Made by a program: the position numbers and the translations under genes
The notes under the pieces: model-generated
Told to the model about the DNA's origin: nothing
Databases searched by the model: none
Seen by the model: the letters and a program-made list of their open reading frames with translations, nothing else
Shown here: one piece after another, positions 38,323 to 48,299 of the stretch
How positions within the stretch are numbered: the first letter of the stretch is position 1
How the letters are laid out: each line of letters begins with the position of its first letter
NCBI GenBank assembly: GCA_005881615.1
Contig: VBBR01000036.1
Location: forward strand, 4,847 to 58,345
Origin: Candidatus Bathyarchaeota archaeon
GTDB lineage: Archaea; Thermoproteota; Bathyarchaeia; 40CM-2-53-6
DNA length: 53,499 nucleotides
Direction: 5' to 3'

Positions 38323-38607
38323 GAAGTGGCAGAAACAACAGCGTCCGTAGAAGTATTGCGGATACCATCGTTGGCCCCGTGGTACGATTGTGATACATTT
38401 CTCGGGGCATATCCACGCGCAAATCCCGCAACCAGTGCATCGATCGAGGTGGAGTAGATGGCGTCCTCTGTATCCTTTCTCAACTGCGTATCGTTGTTGT
38501 GGAAATCTCAGCGTGTAGGGTCTGTGGAAGAGATGTCGGATGCCTGTTAGATACGCGATCGAGATATCGACAGCGGCCTTGGCCTTGCCGATGATCGGGG
38601 CCATCAC
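37315..38607 (-). CDS. nuoI: NuoI/FpoI N-extein plus intein N-part with LAGLIDADG endonuclease (frame breaks near 37400)
   Basis: YRGRH, CTGCGICAWICP, GRCCFCHF|CVTPDTLV; TQDHP block B; LIGYYLAEG and LIRGTWRGDG. Confidence 0.88.
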   Translation of the reverse strand: MMAPIIGKAKAAVDISIAYLTGIRHLFHRPYTLRFPQQRYAVEKGYRGRHLLHLDRCTGCGICAWICPEKCITIVPRGQRWYPQYFYGRCCFCHFCVTPDTLVTTNPSVSPIGQIQPGDRVLTHTGHYRRVRKVFTRNYSGRLYSIKPLGAPFPLKVTQDHPLLVSSSDIVKKLRLEKKPCPPVWKTPLELKRGDYLTIPIAKEVRDTGVYEQEIEVGQPSTGKRLRSKLSLITEPDLFRLIGYYLAEGYVVRRTVGFAFGEHEKEYIADSARLLEKHFGHVTRRSTIHNSTHVLLHSVVALQFFETFGRGSENKKLPDWVMFAPTEKQRELIRGTWRGDGYLRMPTRGNRLTFFEYTTISKTLAFQLQQLLFRARIVGQVALANHANRKPNYVVTVRGRFVSLALKWTEIMSTRRSRKYRQSKFLISLL

Positions 38608-38610
38608 TTT

Positions 38611-39756
38611 CTACCTGTCCGCCTCGACCGGCCAGTAATCGATGCTCCACCAGGCCGTGGGCATGTCCGCCAAGCGGTTTCCAATCAGAACTGCCGGTAT
38701 AGCCGCCATGTTTCGATATGATCCCGTAATGTACCTTGCACGGTAAGGCTTGTCCCCTCCCTCTCCGATCAGATAGAAGCTACATTCGCCCCGGGCCGAC
38801 TCGACCCTGCCATACGCGACTCCACGAGGAAGAACTATTGGAGCTTTTCTCCGGATCGGTCCCGTAGGAATCTTCTTGACAATCTGGCGGATTATCTTGC
38901 AACTCTCTCGCATCTCGTCCATATGCACCATCGCCCGGCTGAAGGAATCCCCATCGGGCCTGGTTGAGACTTCGAAAGATAGTTCCGGGTAGGCTGCGTA
39001 TGGTTCGTCCTTGCGAAGATCAGCATCAACACCGGACCCTCGAAGCGTCGGTCCCGTGCATCCCAGTTCGATCGCCTTCTCCTTCGACAGTACCCCGATT
39101 CCCTTGGCTCGGGATGTGAACAGCGGGTTGTTGAAGAATATCCGGTCGTACTCCTTGAGACGTTTCTCGAAATACTCTGTTCTCTTGACAGCCTCCTCGG
39201 CGAATCCAGGAGGAAGGTCGCGCCTGACCCCGCCTGGAACAAGATAGGAGTAGGTGATTCTGGCCCCTGTCAGCTTCTCTGCGAGGTCGATGAACAGCTC
39301 TCTATCTCCAAGGGGCCACATAAACATAGTAGTGTGGCCGAGAAATACGCCGTAAATGGAGAGCCAATAGAGATGGCTCATTATCCGGTTCATCTCGTTC
39401 AGGAGAGTTCTGAGGTACTGTCCTCTCAGCGGGACCTCGACTCCCTGAATCTCCTCGATGGATCTCACCCACGCATGGTTGAGGTTGGAAGCGTCGATGA
39501 TAGAAGGTCTCTCGATGACAGGTATGCTCTTGATGATATTTCTGAGCTCGATAATCTTCTCGATACCCCTGTGGACATAACCCGGGTCCGGTGCAACATT
39601 GACAATAATGTCTCCGTCCACCTCTACGATCAACCGCATGTGTCCGGAGCCAGAATGCTGGGGACCAACGCTCAAGGTGAGCGTCTGAGCGCCAGAGTCA
39701 GAGGTCTCAGTGGACTCAACGGTTGTTAGGGGAACAGGTTTCGATGGTGCTGACAT
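38611..39756 (-). CDS. nuoD: NADH/F420H2:quinone oxidoreductase subunit D
   Basis: GPQHSGSGHMRL, GYVHRGIEK, RIMSHL, TGPTLRGSG, VESARGE; no NiFe CxxC motifs. Confidence 0.93.
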   Translation of the reverse strand: MSAPSKPVPLTTVESTETSDSGAQTLTLSVGPQHSGSGHMRLIVEVDGDIIVNVAPDPGYVHRGIEKIIELRNIIKSIPVIERPSIIDASNLNHAWVRSIEEIQGVEVPLRGQYLRTLLNEMNRIMSHLYWLSIYGVFLGHTTMFMWPLGDRELFIDLAEKLTGARITYSYLVPGGVRRDLPPGFAEEAVKRTEYFEKRLKEYDRIFFNNPLFTSRAKGIGVLSKEKAIELGCTGPTLRGSGVDADLRKDEPYAAYPELSFEVSTRPDGDSFSRAMVHMDEMRESCKIIRQIVKKIPTGPIRRKAPIVLPRGVAYGRVESARGECSFYLIGEGGDKPYRARYITGSYRNMAAIPAVLIGNRLADMPTAWWSIDYWPVEADR

Positions 39757-39763
39757 CGGGAGC

Positions 39764-40246
39764 TCAGTCCGTAGGGAATCGTATGTCCTTCCGGAGTGGA
39801 GGCGGCCCGTCCCAGTTATCGGTCAGAAACAGCTTTTCCAATCTCGGGTGGCCATCAAACTGTATTCCGAACATCTCAAAGCTTTCTCGCTCATAGTTCT
39901 CTACACCCGACCAGACTGAAACTAGAGATCCTACTTTGGGGGCGTTTCTGGGAACTGACTCTTTCAGGTCAAGAACGAGATTCCGCATCTCCTTGGTACG
40001 GATCGATGAAATATGGTAGACTATTTCGAACCTGTTCTCTCGATTGTAGTCGACAGCCGAAACTCCATTCGGATGATCAAAGCTCAACTTGTCCCGCAAA
40101 TATACCGCGACTTCCTTGATCTTTTCGGGCGCAACAGTCACCTCAAGCCTCCCGCGGCGGATGATGTTTGTTTCCTTGATGTCGGTAGGAAAGGCTTCTT
40201 TCAGTTTCTGGACGAGATCATCTTCTCTTTCGTGAGAGAGACTCAT
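39764..40246 (-). CDS. nuoC: Complex I subunit C
   Basis: SAVDY, ERESFEMFGIQFDGHP, PLRKD. Confidence 0.93.
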   Translation of the reverse strand: MSLSHEREDDLVQKLKEAFPTDIKETNIIRRGRLEVTVAPEKIKEVAVYLRDKLSFDHPNGVSAVDYNRENRFEIVYHISSIRTKEMRNLVLDLKESVPRNAPKVGSLVSVWSGVENYERESFEMFGIQFDGHPRLEKLFLTDNWDGPPPLRKDIRFPTD

Positions 40247-40794
40247 CCCTGCTCATACACCTTTGACCTTCGAATCTTCTCTTGAAGCATGATGATTGCC
40301 TGCTCCAAAGCCTCCGGTCTTGGAGGGCAACCGGGAACGTAGACGTCGACTGGAACGAACTCGTGCGCGCCGTTCACTATGCTGTAGGAATCATGGAATA
40401 GGCCGCCAGACATGGCACAGTCTCCCATTGCGATAACATATCTGGGCAACGCCATCTGGTCGTAAATCATCCGGAGCCGCTTCGCCATCTTCTTCGTGAT
40501 TGTCCCTTCGATCACAATTAGGTCTGACTGTCGGAGAGAACCTATCGGTAGAACTCCGAATCTTTCAAGGTCATGTCGTGCGCCGCTGGCCGCGCCGAAC
40601 TCGGCACTACAGCAGGCCGTTGTGATATTGACTGGCCAGAGAGAATACATCCGGGCCCAATTGACTACATTTCGGATCGGCCCTGTGTCCACAACTTTCT
40701 TGACAAGGTCGCTCAGTTTGCCAACCCAAATGCTAAGCCCTTCTGCGAGCGTCGCCACCGGGTCTTCTTCTTGTGCCGTTCTCTGAGCGGACAA
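40243..40794 (-). CDS. nuoB: Complex I subunit B
   Basis: TACCSAE, DLERFG, MGDCAMSGG, VDVYVPGCPPRPE. Confidence 0.95.
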   Translation of the reverse strand: MSAQRTAQEEDPVATLAEGLSIWVGKLSDLVKKVVDTGPIRNVVNWARMYSLWPVNITTACCSAEFGAASGARHDLERFGVLPIGSLRQSDLIVIEGTITKKMAKRLRMIYDQMALPRYVIAMGDCAMSGGLFHDSYSIVNGAHEFVPVDVYVPGCPPRPEALEQAIIMLQEKIRRSKVYEQG

Positions 40795-40982
40795 TTTTCT
40801 TCCAACTGCCAGTTTCTAGCCTGTTTTACCTATTTATCCGCATCTTCACGACTGTAATGCGGTTTTCGTTAGTTCCCGGCGATTCCTCGTGACAAAGCCC
40901 TCGGGCTTAGATAAGGTGGCATCGGTTCGGGTCTTTAACCGAGTGTTTTGTCTAAACCTGTTTTTCTGGGTCTCTTGAATCT

Positions 40983-41381
40983 TCATTTTTCAGGTTTCTT
41001 TTTCCGATATGCCGCGGGGTTGAACAATCCCTCTTTTTCATGGGTTGGTGGCTTGAAGCTCTCGGAGATAAGCAGCTGGAACCCTTCTAGTGCGTTGTCG
41101 ATAACTCCTTTCAGCTCGTCCCCCGCGGAAATGTCATGGGTTACGGCCCCTCTCTGGTTGACGATTTTCGACTGTCTCAATATCTTAGCCATGTCTGCCT
41201 CGGCGAAGCCACAGAGCTTCATGAGACTGATCAAGTAGAAGGAGGTTTTTCCGTCGAGCGATTCTTTGGAAGCACCGATTAGCTTGGCTAGTTCTGCCCG
41301 GTAGATGTTTCCTCGTTTCGATATTGCAGCCTCGACGAGGTCCTCTAGAATCGGCACTGGGACCCGGACGAGGATAGCCAT
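40983..41381 (-). CDS. Hypothetical protein
   Basis: 132-aa ATG ORF with TA-rich upstream sequence. Confidence 0.65.
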   Translation of the reverse strand: MAILVRVPVPILEDLVEAAISKRGNIYRAELAKLIGASKESLDGKTSFYLISLMKLCGFAEADMAKILRQSKIVNQRGAVTHDISAGDELKGVIDNALEGFQLLISESFKPPTHEKEGLFNPAAYRKKKPEK

Positions 41382-41575
41382 GTACGACGCCTTTCGGATG
41401 AAATCTATGTATCCGGGAAAGATAAGTTAGGGGGTTGAAAAGAAGTCTGGTACGTTCCACCATGCCTGCTTTGATTCTTGATCCTGAGCTAGTCGAAGTG
41501 TGTGTGTTGAGGAGTGAAGTTAATAGCCTCAACTAGCGCTTTCTATCTTGAGCTGCAGAGTTCGGGGGTTAGAGA

Positions 41576-41962
41576 ATGGCTAAACTGGAAACAACGTGCT
41601 TGCTCGAAAGCTTTCGAAGGTTCATGATAACCAGCACGTGTCGTTCTTTCATTCCAAATGAATATGGCACGGATTTTTCGGTCTTCCCGGAACGGGCCCG
41701 TGAGCTAGGAACGATGTACGTTGAGGCTGAGGACAAGGTGACTCTAGGCCGCGTGAACGATATCAGCTTCGTCCGAGTAAGCTATGTTCTCGGGATCATC
41801 TACAACTCCAAAAGCGGGCACACGCAACTAAAATGGAGACACACGAGAGATGACCAGGGAAGACTGAGCGGCGAGGCAAGCACCAACACGATGGTGAACC
41901 TGTACGAAGCCGGTGCGCTCGACAAAACCTTCATCAGAACCATAGCTGCCCAAATACGCTGA
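41576..41962 (+). CDS. Hypothetical protein
   Basis: 128-aa ATG ORF; TTAATA upstream. Confidence 0.7.
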   Translation: MAKLETTCLLESFRRFMITSTCRSFIPNEYGTDFSVFPERARELGTMYVEAEDKVTLGRVNDISFVRVSYVLGIIYNSKSGHTQLKWRHTRDDQGRLSGEASTNTMVNLYEAGALDKTFIRTIAAQIR

Positions 41963-42139
41963 AAACCACACTCCACCGATCTCTCCACCTCGTTTCTTGC
42001 GTCTAGAGTAGAGCGCGGCTCCCGATCCTTGAGCCTGCTCTAAGCGACGTTGCCCATAACGCCGAGCTAGCGCGGGACCGAGTGTTGGCATAGTTACAAT
42101 ACCCTTTATCTCGACCGCGCAAGCCGAAAAATCGAAAGG

Positions 42140-42952
42140 GTGCCTGTGCTGCCGAAGTCGTTCGAAACTGGGATCGATGCGGTGGACAAGGTCCTCCCGA
42201 AGGGCATACCTCGAAACAGCCTCACAATTCTAGCAGGAGACCTAGGAACAGGAAAATCCGTCTTGATGGAGCAACTCCTCTACAGCATGCTGAAAATAGA
42301 GAAAGAGCCTTGCATCTACATGAACTTCGAAGGACCCCCAATAGCGTTACAACAAGACATGGAATCCTTCGGCTGGAACATTGACCGATACCTTGATTCC
42401 GGGCAGCTCAGGTTTCTGGACTGTTTCTCCTTCAGAATGGAACCAACGGAGACTCCGAAATATTCTCACTTCGTCAAGGATCCGAAGGATCTTCACTCTG
42501 TTACGAGCGCGCTTTTCACGATGATGGAAGAGATGAAGATGATGGGAAGAGGAGCCGTCTTCGTCGATTCTTTGACTGAAATGTTTACTCTGGTTCAAGA
42601 AGAGAGACCGCTTGTCTTCCACATGCTTGATGGAGTCAAGTCGTGGAGGGCTAAGGGTCCCAAGGAACGCCTTGTGCCCTTCTTTTGCTCGCACCATACA
42701 CCGCTACGAGCCTACGCCGATCTCGACGATCTACTGTTCTATGTGGTGGATGGAATAGTCGATGTAAGATTCAACCCCGGGTTCGCGGACAGGGGGCTAC
42801 TAGTCAAACAGTTCCGGGTACGGAAGATGAAAGGCGCACCCCATGAAACCTACTGGGTTACATTCCAAGTTACTTCGGACGGAATTGTGGAGGTTCCGCT
42901 CCCAGTGCCTGTACTCACATCGGACAAGCCCCGTACAGGCAAAAAGAAGTAG
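42140..42952 (+). CDS. KaiC/RAD55-family ATPase
   Basis: TGIDAVDKVLPKGIP, GDLGTGKS, VFVDSL, VVDG, VRKMKGAPH. Confidence 0.9.
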   Translation: MPVLPKSFETGIDAVDKVLPKGIPRNSLTILAGDLGTGKSVLMEQLLYSMLKIEKEPCIYMNFEGPPIALQQDMESFGWNIDRYLDSGQLRFLDCFSFRMEPTETPKYSHFVKDPKDLHSVTSALFTMMEEMKMMGRGAVFVDSLTEMFTLVQEERPLVFHMLDGVKSWRAKGPKERLVPFFCSHHTPLRAYADLDDLLFYVVDGIVDVRFNPGFADRGLLVKQFRVRKMKGAPHETYWVTFQVTSDGIVEVPLPVPVLTSDKPRTGKKK

Positions 42953-42986
42953 CCCCGGAGAAGCCCTAGGGCTAGAAGGGCTAACA

Positions 42987-43442
42987 GTGCCCACTGCCCA
43001 TCAGCCACCAGTTCATCACGATAACTACCATTCGGTCCCTACTAGCCATGCTTCTCAGCCTAGCGGCGGCCCGAGGATCAAGGTGCCATACTCCAAGAAC
43101 CCGGTTTATGTCGCGGAAGGCTACAGCCCACCTGTAGTCGCTGGCCGCAATTTCGAGTACGAGACGACGCCCCAGAACGCTGCCTACTGGCAGGCACTCA
43201 CCCTTACATATCGACAGTACATGAAGAAAGAAGCTGATACTAGGGGTATTGACCTCCGTCTTCTCCTCGACGAGCGAAGATCAGGAGCTTTCCACTGCGT
43301 CGGATGCGGCAAGCCCATGATCATGCGTGAACTTTTCTCGAACGGTGACAGGGTTTACCAGTGCTGGAATGGAGACTGCGTGAAGAGAATCATACGATAC
43401 CAGTATCAGGCCCAAACTGGGCGCATCATAGAAGTCACCTAG
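42987..43442 (+). CDS. Hypothetical Zn-ribbon protein
   Basis: HCVGCGKPM...QCWNGDC; GTG start chosen to avoid overlap with the upstream gene. Confidence 0.65.
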   Translation: MPTAHQPPVHHDNYHSVPTSHASQPSGGPRIKVPYSKNPVYVAEGYSPPVVAGRNFEYETTPQNAAYWQALTLTYRQYMKKEADTRGIDLRLLLDERRSGAFHCVGCGKPMIMRELFSNGDRVYQCWNGDCVKRIIRYQYQAQTGRIIEVT

Positions 43443-43538
43443 GGATTGAATCCCTTAGGGTTCTCGCCGAAGAGACCCTCACAGAGATCGCCTAGCTAGG
43501 AAGCCTCGAACCCTCGAGGGCCTGAGGCTAAGGGTCGC

Positions 43539-43952
43539 TTATCGCATACGGGAAACGTGGTGCGGCTCGATCTTCAGCAGCACCCTCTTCTCGCCTGGCC
43601 TTCTATTCGGATACTTTTCCGCACCAGTGTACTTCATCGCCATCTTGTCGATGTGATCTTCAGCTACGCGTCCAGTTACCTCTTCGATGACACGACCCTT
43701 AATCATCACGAGCTTGTACGGATTTCCTTGTTCTGTTATAGCAAGAGCAACCTGTGGATTCTTCTTCACGTTTCGGTGCTTGACGCGACCCACTGCCGTG
43801 TTGATGAGCACGTATTGACCGTCAGTATCGACCCATGTCGGGGTGACTTGGGGGGAGCCATCTGGGTTCACGGTTGCGAGGAAGATGAAGTTCTTGCCTT
43901 CCAGGATTTTCCTTGCGTCATCATCCAGTTTCGTCATTCTTGACATGATCAA
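43539..43952 (-). CDS. PPOX-class F420-dependent oxidoreductase
   Basis: LATVNPDGSPQVTPTW, KHRNVKKNPQV, HIDKMAMKY. Confidence 0.9.
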   Translation of the reverse strand: MIMSRMTKLDDDARKILEGKNFIFLATVNPDGSPQVTPTWVDTDGQYVLINTAVGRVKHRNVKKNPQVALAITEQGNPYKLVMIKGRVIEEVTGRVAEDHIDKMAMKYTGAEKYPNRRPGEKRVLLKIEPHHVSRMR

Positions 43953-44116
43953 TCCTCGTGGCTGAGTACGTCCCTTTATTGGTTTCTTCGATCGCCCGGT
44001 GGTTCTTCGTCGAACACTTCGGTTCGCTGAAGCAGTTCAATCGCCCGGCTATGTAGAGACAGCTCGATACCTTCGGCTCTCATTCGAAGTTACGTGACAC
44101 TTTAGTCCCGTGTTGG

Positions 44117-46285
44117 TTGTCGTTCGACAGGTTCTGTTTCGCGGGGAGCAGCCAGGTGCCAAAAGCCAAAACGACTAGGTACGCTGTCCTATTCGTTCTC
44201 TCCGCCTTCAGCACACTCGCATTGGGAGGCCTGCCATTGGTTCACGCGCCTACCACTGGTACACAGTACGCGCTCACACCGTTGCCGTTCATATCACAAG
44301 AAGGGTACACGATTACTTTGATTCTAAGTGTTTCTGGAGCTCTTCCCGGAACACAATACCAGTTCAACTTCTATGTTCGAGATCCCTCAACGAAAATATG
44401 GGGTTCCATCGCTGAAAGCTACACAACATCTCTAGGTGAGACTCAGTTCGGCATTATCCTAACATACCCGAGTGCCGCGTTCGTTGGTCGCGGAACAAGC
44501 TCTCTCGTAGGACAGTACGTCGGCTGGGTTAACCAGGCCCAGCCAGCGGTCGCTAGCAATCCCGTCGCCGTGACACCAAGCGGCTTCTATTTCATTCTCA
44601 CCGACAAGACAGAATATCAAAGAACTGAGACAGTCGGAATTAGAGCGAGTGGATACAATTCCTCCGAGACCACAACTATCATCATTAGAACCCAGACAAG
44701 CTCAACCGTGGTGCTCAATGCTACAGCTTTAGCTTCATCTACGGGCCTGGTCACGGGCTCCTGGAAGATTCCTAGAAATGCTGTCCTGGACAACTACGTG
44801 ATCACGATTACGGGCAAGAGTACTGCAAAGAACCCGGCCGATGCTCAAGGTTTCACCGTAAGAGCTGCGACAATGTCGGTTTCGGCGTTGAGCGCGAGCA
44901 AAGCCTCGTATGAGAGAACAGAGACAATGCAATTCTCGTTTTCAGCGCGCTACCCTGACGGTCAATATGCTAATAGTGGAACAGCGTTAGTACTTCTGAC
45001 AGGGGCTGGCGGAAACAGTGTCTCACTTACAACTATCTATGACAGCGTCACTCAGACATTTAACGCAACTTACAAGACTTTTCCCGGCAACCAGACAGGC
45101 ACCTGGACTGCGACGCTTGCGGTCAACGGATTTGATGACGGATTCGGAAACACGGGCCCAGGTACAGCCGTAACCACATCGCCCCAGCTCCAACCTGCCA
45201 CTTTGACGGTCACGATTACTTCCAAGTCTTACTTTGCGATAAGCGAACAGATCAAGTTCAATGCCACAATCCAATAACCTGATCTAACCGAGCTAATCGA
45301 TCAATCTGGCCAAGCAGCCGCCTTCCTCCTATTCTCAGGGGGTGGACACAATGATACGATCACACAGCTAGTCTACGACTCAACCCTCAACCTCTGGGTT
45401 GGAACATACACTCCAGGTACAGAACCTGGAGGACTATGGTCGCTAACCGTGGCCGGGGCTGACCCGGCATCTCCAGCAAATTCCGGAAAGACCACGAAGA
45501 CCATCCAATTACAAGACCGGATACCAGTATCTACTTTCACCTTTACAGGCGGTCCTATTCTCACCTCTTCACCTGTTAGCTTCGACGGAACTACAAGCTA
45601 CGATCCTGACGGAACGATAGTTGGTTACGCGTGGGACTTCGCGGACGGGTCAACCGGATCGGGAGCCACTCCGACTCATAGCTATTCCCTTGCTGGCACG
45701 TACTCGGTGAAGCTCAACGTCACCGACAACAGCGGCTCCACACAAGTTTCTACCCAGACAGTGACCATCACCGACAGACCTCCGACGATCACATTAACAC
45801 AATCCGTGACGACCGCCTCACCTGGACAGGCGGTAGTCCTTACCATTTCAGCTTCTGACCCTGATGGCACTATTGCGACCACGACCGTGAACTGGGGAGA
45901 TGGAACCACCGACACAATTTCTGGCCCTCCAACCACGGACAGTCACACTTATTCATTGGGAAGCGGAACGCCTTCGGCCACCTATACGATCTCCGTGACG
46001 GTGCACGACAACAGCGGATCCACAAGATCTGCGACATCCAACCCGATTGTTGTTCAACAGATCCAGTCGAGTAGTAACGTCTCTTTTCCATTGTATTATT
46101 TCGGAATCCTTGCAGCTCTAATCGCGGCGCTGTTGATCGGCACTTTTCTGGCCTTCAGGAGACATAAGGTAACGCACGCTAGGTTGAAGATTGATCTTGA
46201 GGCCGTCAAGGCGGAAGCAGGCAGGATCGAGAATCAGGAATTCTTCCAGTCGGTGAAAGACCAGTTGAAGAAGGATAAAGAATGA
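44117..46285 (+). pseudogene. PKD-domain surface protein with C-terminal TM anchor, interrupted by in-frame TAA at 45275-45277
   Basis: Both ORFs share one frame and the gap is open; IQ*PD parallels ARYPD earlier in the protein; PKD motifs YAWDFADG and VNWGDG. Confidence 0.8.
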
Positions 46286-47067
46286 CCAAGGTAATCGCTG
46301 TTCACTCTTTCAAAGGAGGAACAGGAAAAACAACTCTAACCGCAAACTTAGCAGCAATACTCGCCAAGAACCGGAGAGTAGGGGTCATGGATCTGGACTT
46401 GTCCGGACCCGGTTTACACGTGCTCTTTGGCGTGAAAAAGAGCGAGATCAAGGCGACGCTCACAGATATCTTTCTTGGAGATGCAACTCCAGCAGATGTC
46501 GTGATAGATCTGACACAGAGGTTCAACCTCAAGAAAGGAGGACTGTTCTTCTGTCCCGCAAGCAACAAGGTGGAGGACATGCTTCGCCTGCTAAAGTCTG
46601 GTCTGGAAGTCGAAGTATTTCAGGACACAATTCAGAAGGTTGGCGAGCAAAACAAGCTTGACTATATTATAGTCGACACTCATCCAGGGGTCGAGAACGA
46701 TACCGTTCTTGCGATGGGCTGCTGCGACGCTCTGGTGCTTGTTTCTAGGGTCGACCAACAAGACCTCTTTGGAACTGCAGTCATGGTCCTCTTGGCAGAA
46801 ACGTTCGAGAAGCCCACTTTCCTCACCCTCAACATGATCCCGCCAGGTGTCCGGATCAAGGATGCTGTAAAAGTCGGTCAGGAACTGTCCCAGCTGTTCA
46901 GATCACATTTCCTGCAAGCATTCGAGTTCCAGCTCGATGTCATCAACAACCTCAGCAGATCCGTTTTTGTCGTAGACAACCCCGACTCTGCCTTTGCCAA
47001 GAAGGTAACTGAAGCTGTAGATACCTTGGAGAGAGAATTGTCCGGAGCGACAAAGATTGCAAACTAG
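46282..47067 (+). CDS. MinD/ParA family ATPase
   Basis: Deviant Walker A SFKGGTGKTT, MDLD, IIVDTHPG. Confidence 0.9.
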   Translation: MTKVIAVHSFKGGTGKTTLTANLAAILAKNRRVGVMDLDLSGPGLHVLFGVKKSEIKATLTDIFLGDATPADVVIDLTQRFNLKKGGLFFCPASNKVEDMLRLLKSGLEVEVFQDTIQKVGEQNKLDYIIVDTHPGVENDTVLAMGCCDALVLVSRVDQQDLFGTAVMVLLAETFEKPTFLTLNMIPPGVRIKDAVKVGQELSQLFRSHFLQAFEFQLDVINNLSRSVFVVDNPDSAFAKKVTEAVDTLERELSGATKIAN

Positions 47068-47878
47068 CCCCAAGAAATCTACTGGTTACGACCTCCGACG
47101 ACTCGTAGGATCGGTGAATCAGCTCCGTTTCAACGACAACAGGGGAGAAGTGTCCTTCTTTGGGCAAAAAATGATCATTCTGAGGAGAGATGTTATCCGG
47201 ATTATGCGGGAAGCTCTCGAAAGACTGGTCGGAGATCAGTCAGCGCCCTTCCTCTCCTACTTGGCTAGTGGCATAGGCGTGCACGAGGGGAGCATTTTCA
47301 GAGAAAGCATTGGGGCCACGGGCGAGCAGAGCAGGCAGAGTTTGGAAAACCTGGTTCATTCGGCGCTGGAAGACACGAACCTTGGGCTGGGCAAGATCCA
47401 GATCAACGGACTCGATTTCGACAAGAGCAGCGCAAACATAGTTGTAGCCAATTGCTTTGAAGCCACGGAGAGCGGGCCCTCGGAAGAACCTAACTGCATA
47501 TTCACGAGCGGTTTCCTGGCTGGAATATTCGCCGAAGTGCTCGACAAGACAGTTCAAGCAAAAGAGGTCCGCTGTATGTCGCAAGGCGCAACGGAGTGCG
47601 AGTTCCAGATCACCCTTGTCGAAACAGGTGATGGACAAGAAGCGGAAAAGCCAAAAGTGGACCTGAACGAAGTTGATGGTGCGCCGCTGAAGGGAGAGGT
47701 AAAACCGGGCACTGGTGGAGGTTCAACAAGCGCGAAATCGGCGATAGGAACGTCAGAAGGTTCGACAGAAGATCAAACCGAAAAGTCCGACAGCAAGGAC
47801 ATTGATGCTGGAGTCGAGAAAGCGGCCAGAATCGCCAAACACAAACAACACTTCTGGAACAAGTTCAAGAAAGAATAG
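47057..47878 (+). CDS. V4R domain protein
   Basis: NCFEA, CIFTSGFLAG, EVRCMSQGATECEF. Confidence 0.88.
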   Translation: MQTSPKKSTGYDLRRLVGSVNQLRFNDNRGEVSFFGQKMIILRRDVIRIMREALERLVGDQSAPFLSYLASGIGVHEGSIFRESIGATGEQSRQSLENLVHSALEDTNLGLGKIQINGLDFDKSSANIVVANCFEATESGPSEEPNCIFTSGFLAGIFAEVLDKTVQAKEVRCMSQGATECEFQITLVETGDGQEAEKPKVDLNEVDGAPLKGEVKPGTGGGSTSAKSAIGTSEGSTEDQTEKSDSKDIDAGVEKAARIAKHKQHFWNKFKKE

Positions 47879-47934
47879 ATAAGTCCGGGCAGATAGATCG
47901 GCAGAAAGTCTCTTGTTTCTACGGTAGCTTCAGG

Positions 47935-48047
47935 CGCCGGGAGTGGGATTCGAACCCACGAGGGCGTGACGCCCAACGGCTGTCGTGTCCTGGCCCTTAC
48001 CTCTTGAGATCTCGAGGCCGTCGCTTTAACCACTCAGCCATCCCGGC
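47935..48047 (-). tRNA. tRNA-Ser(CGA) with 29-nt insert in the anticodon loop (about 47982-48010)
   Basis: GCCGGGA acceptor stem, long variable arm GGGCGTCACGCCC, TTCGAAT loop, G73, ACGGC/GCCGT stem. Confidence 0.9.
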
Positions 48048-48299
48048 GTGAAGCCGGCATTAGGATACCGGTCTTAATCCACTTTCGAACCCAAGGCAGA
48101 CATAGCGAGATTCCTGGCAAGCGCCAGCTGAGAGCGGTTCAATCGGGTCGCGGGATGAGGGCGCCTGGTCAATGTCAAGAATCTACTGATGGCCCAGATG
48201 GCTTGCTAAAGAATCACCGGTCTGGTGGAGTTGAAGAAAGCTAACAAGTTGGATGCGAGACGTGGACTCACCCTCGGGATATCGCCGATTCGATACTTT

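Noticed and set aside
38611-39756. Group 4 NiFe hydrogenase large subunit
   Set aside because: Both CxxC metal-binding motifs are absent
45275-45277. Pyrrolysine or selenocysteine recoding
   Set aside because: The codon is TAA, not TAG or TGA
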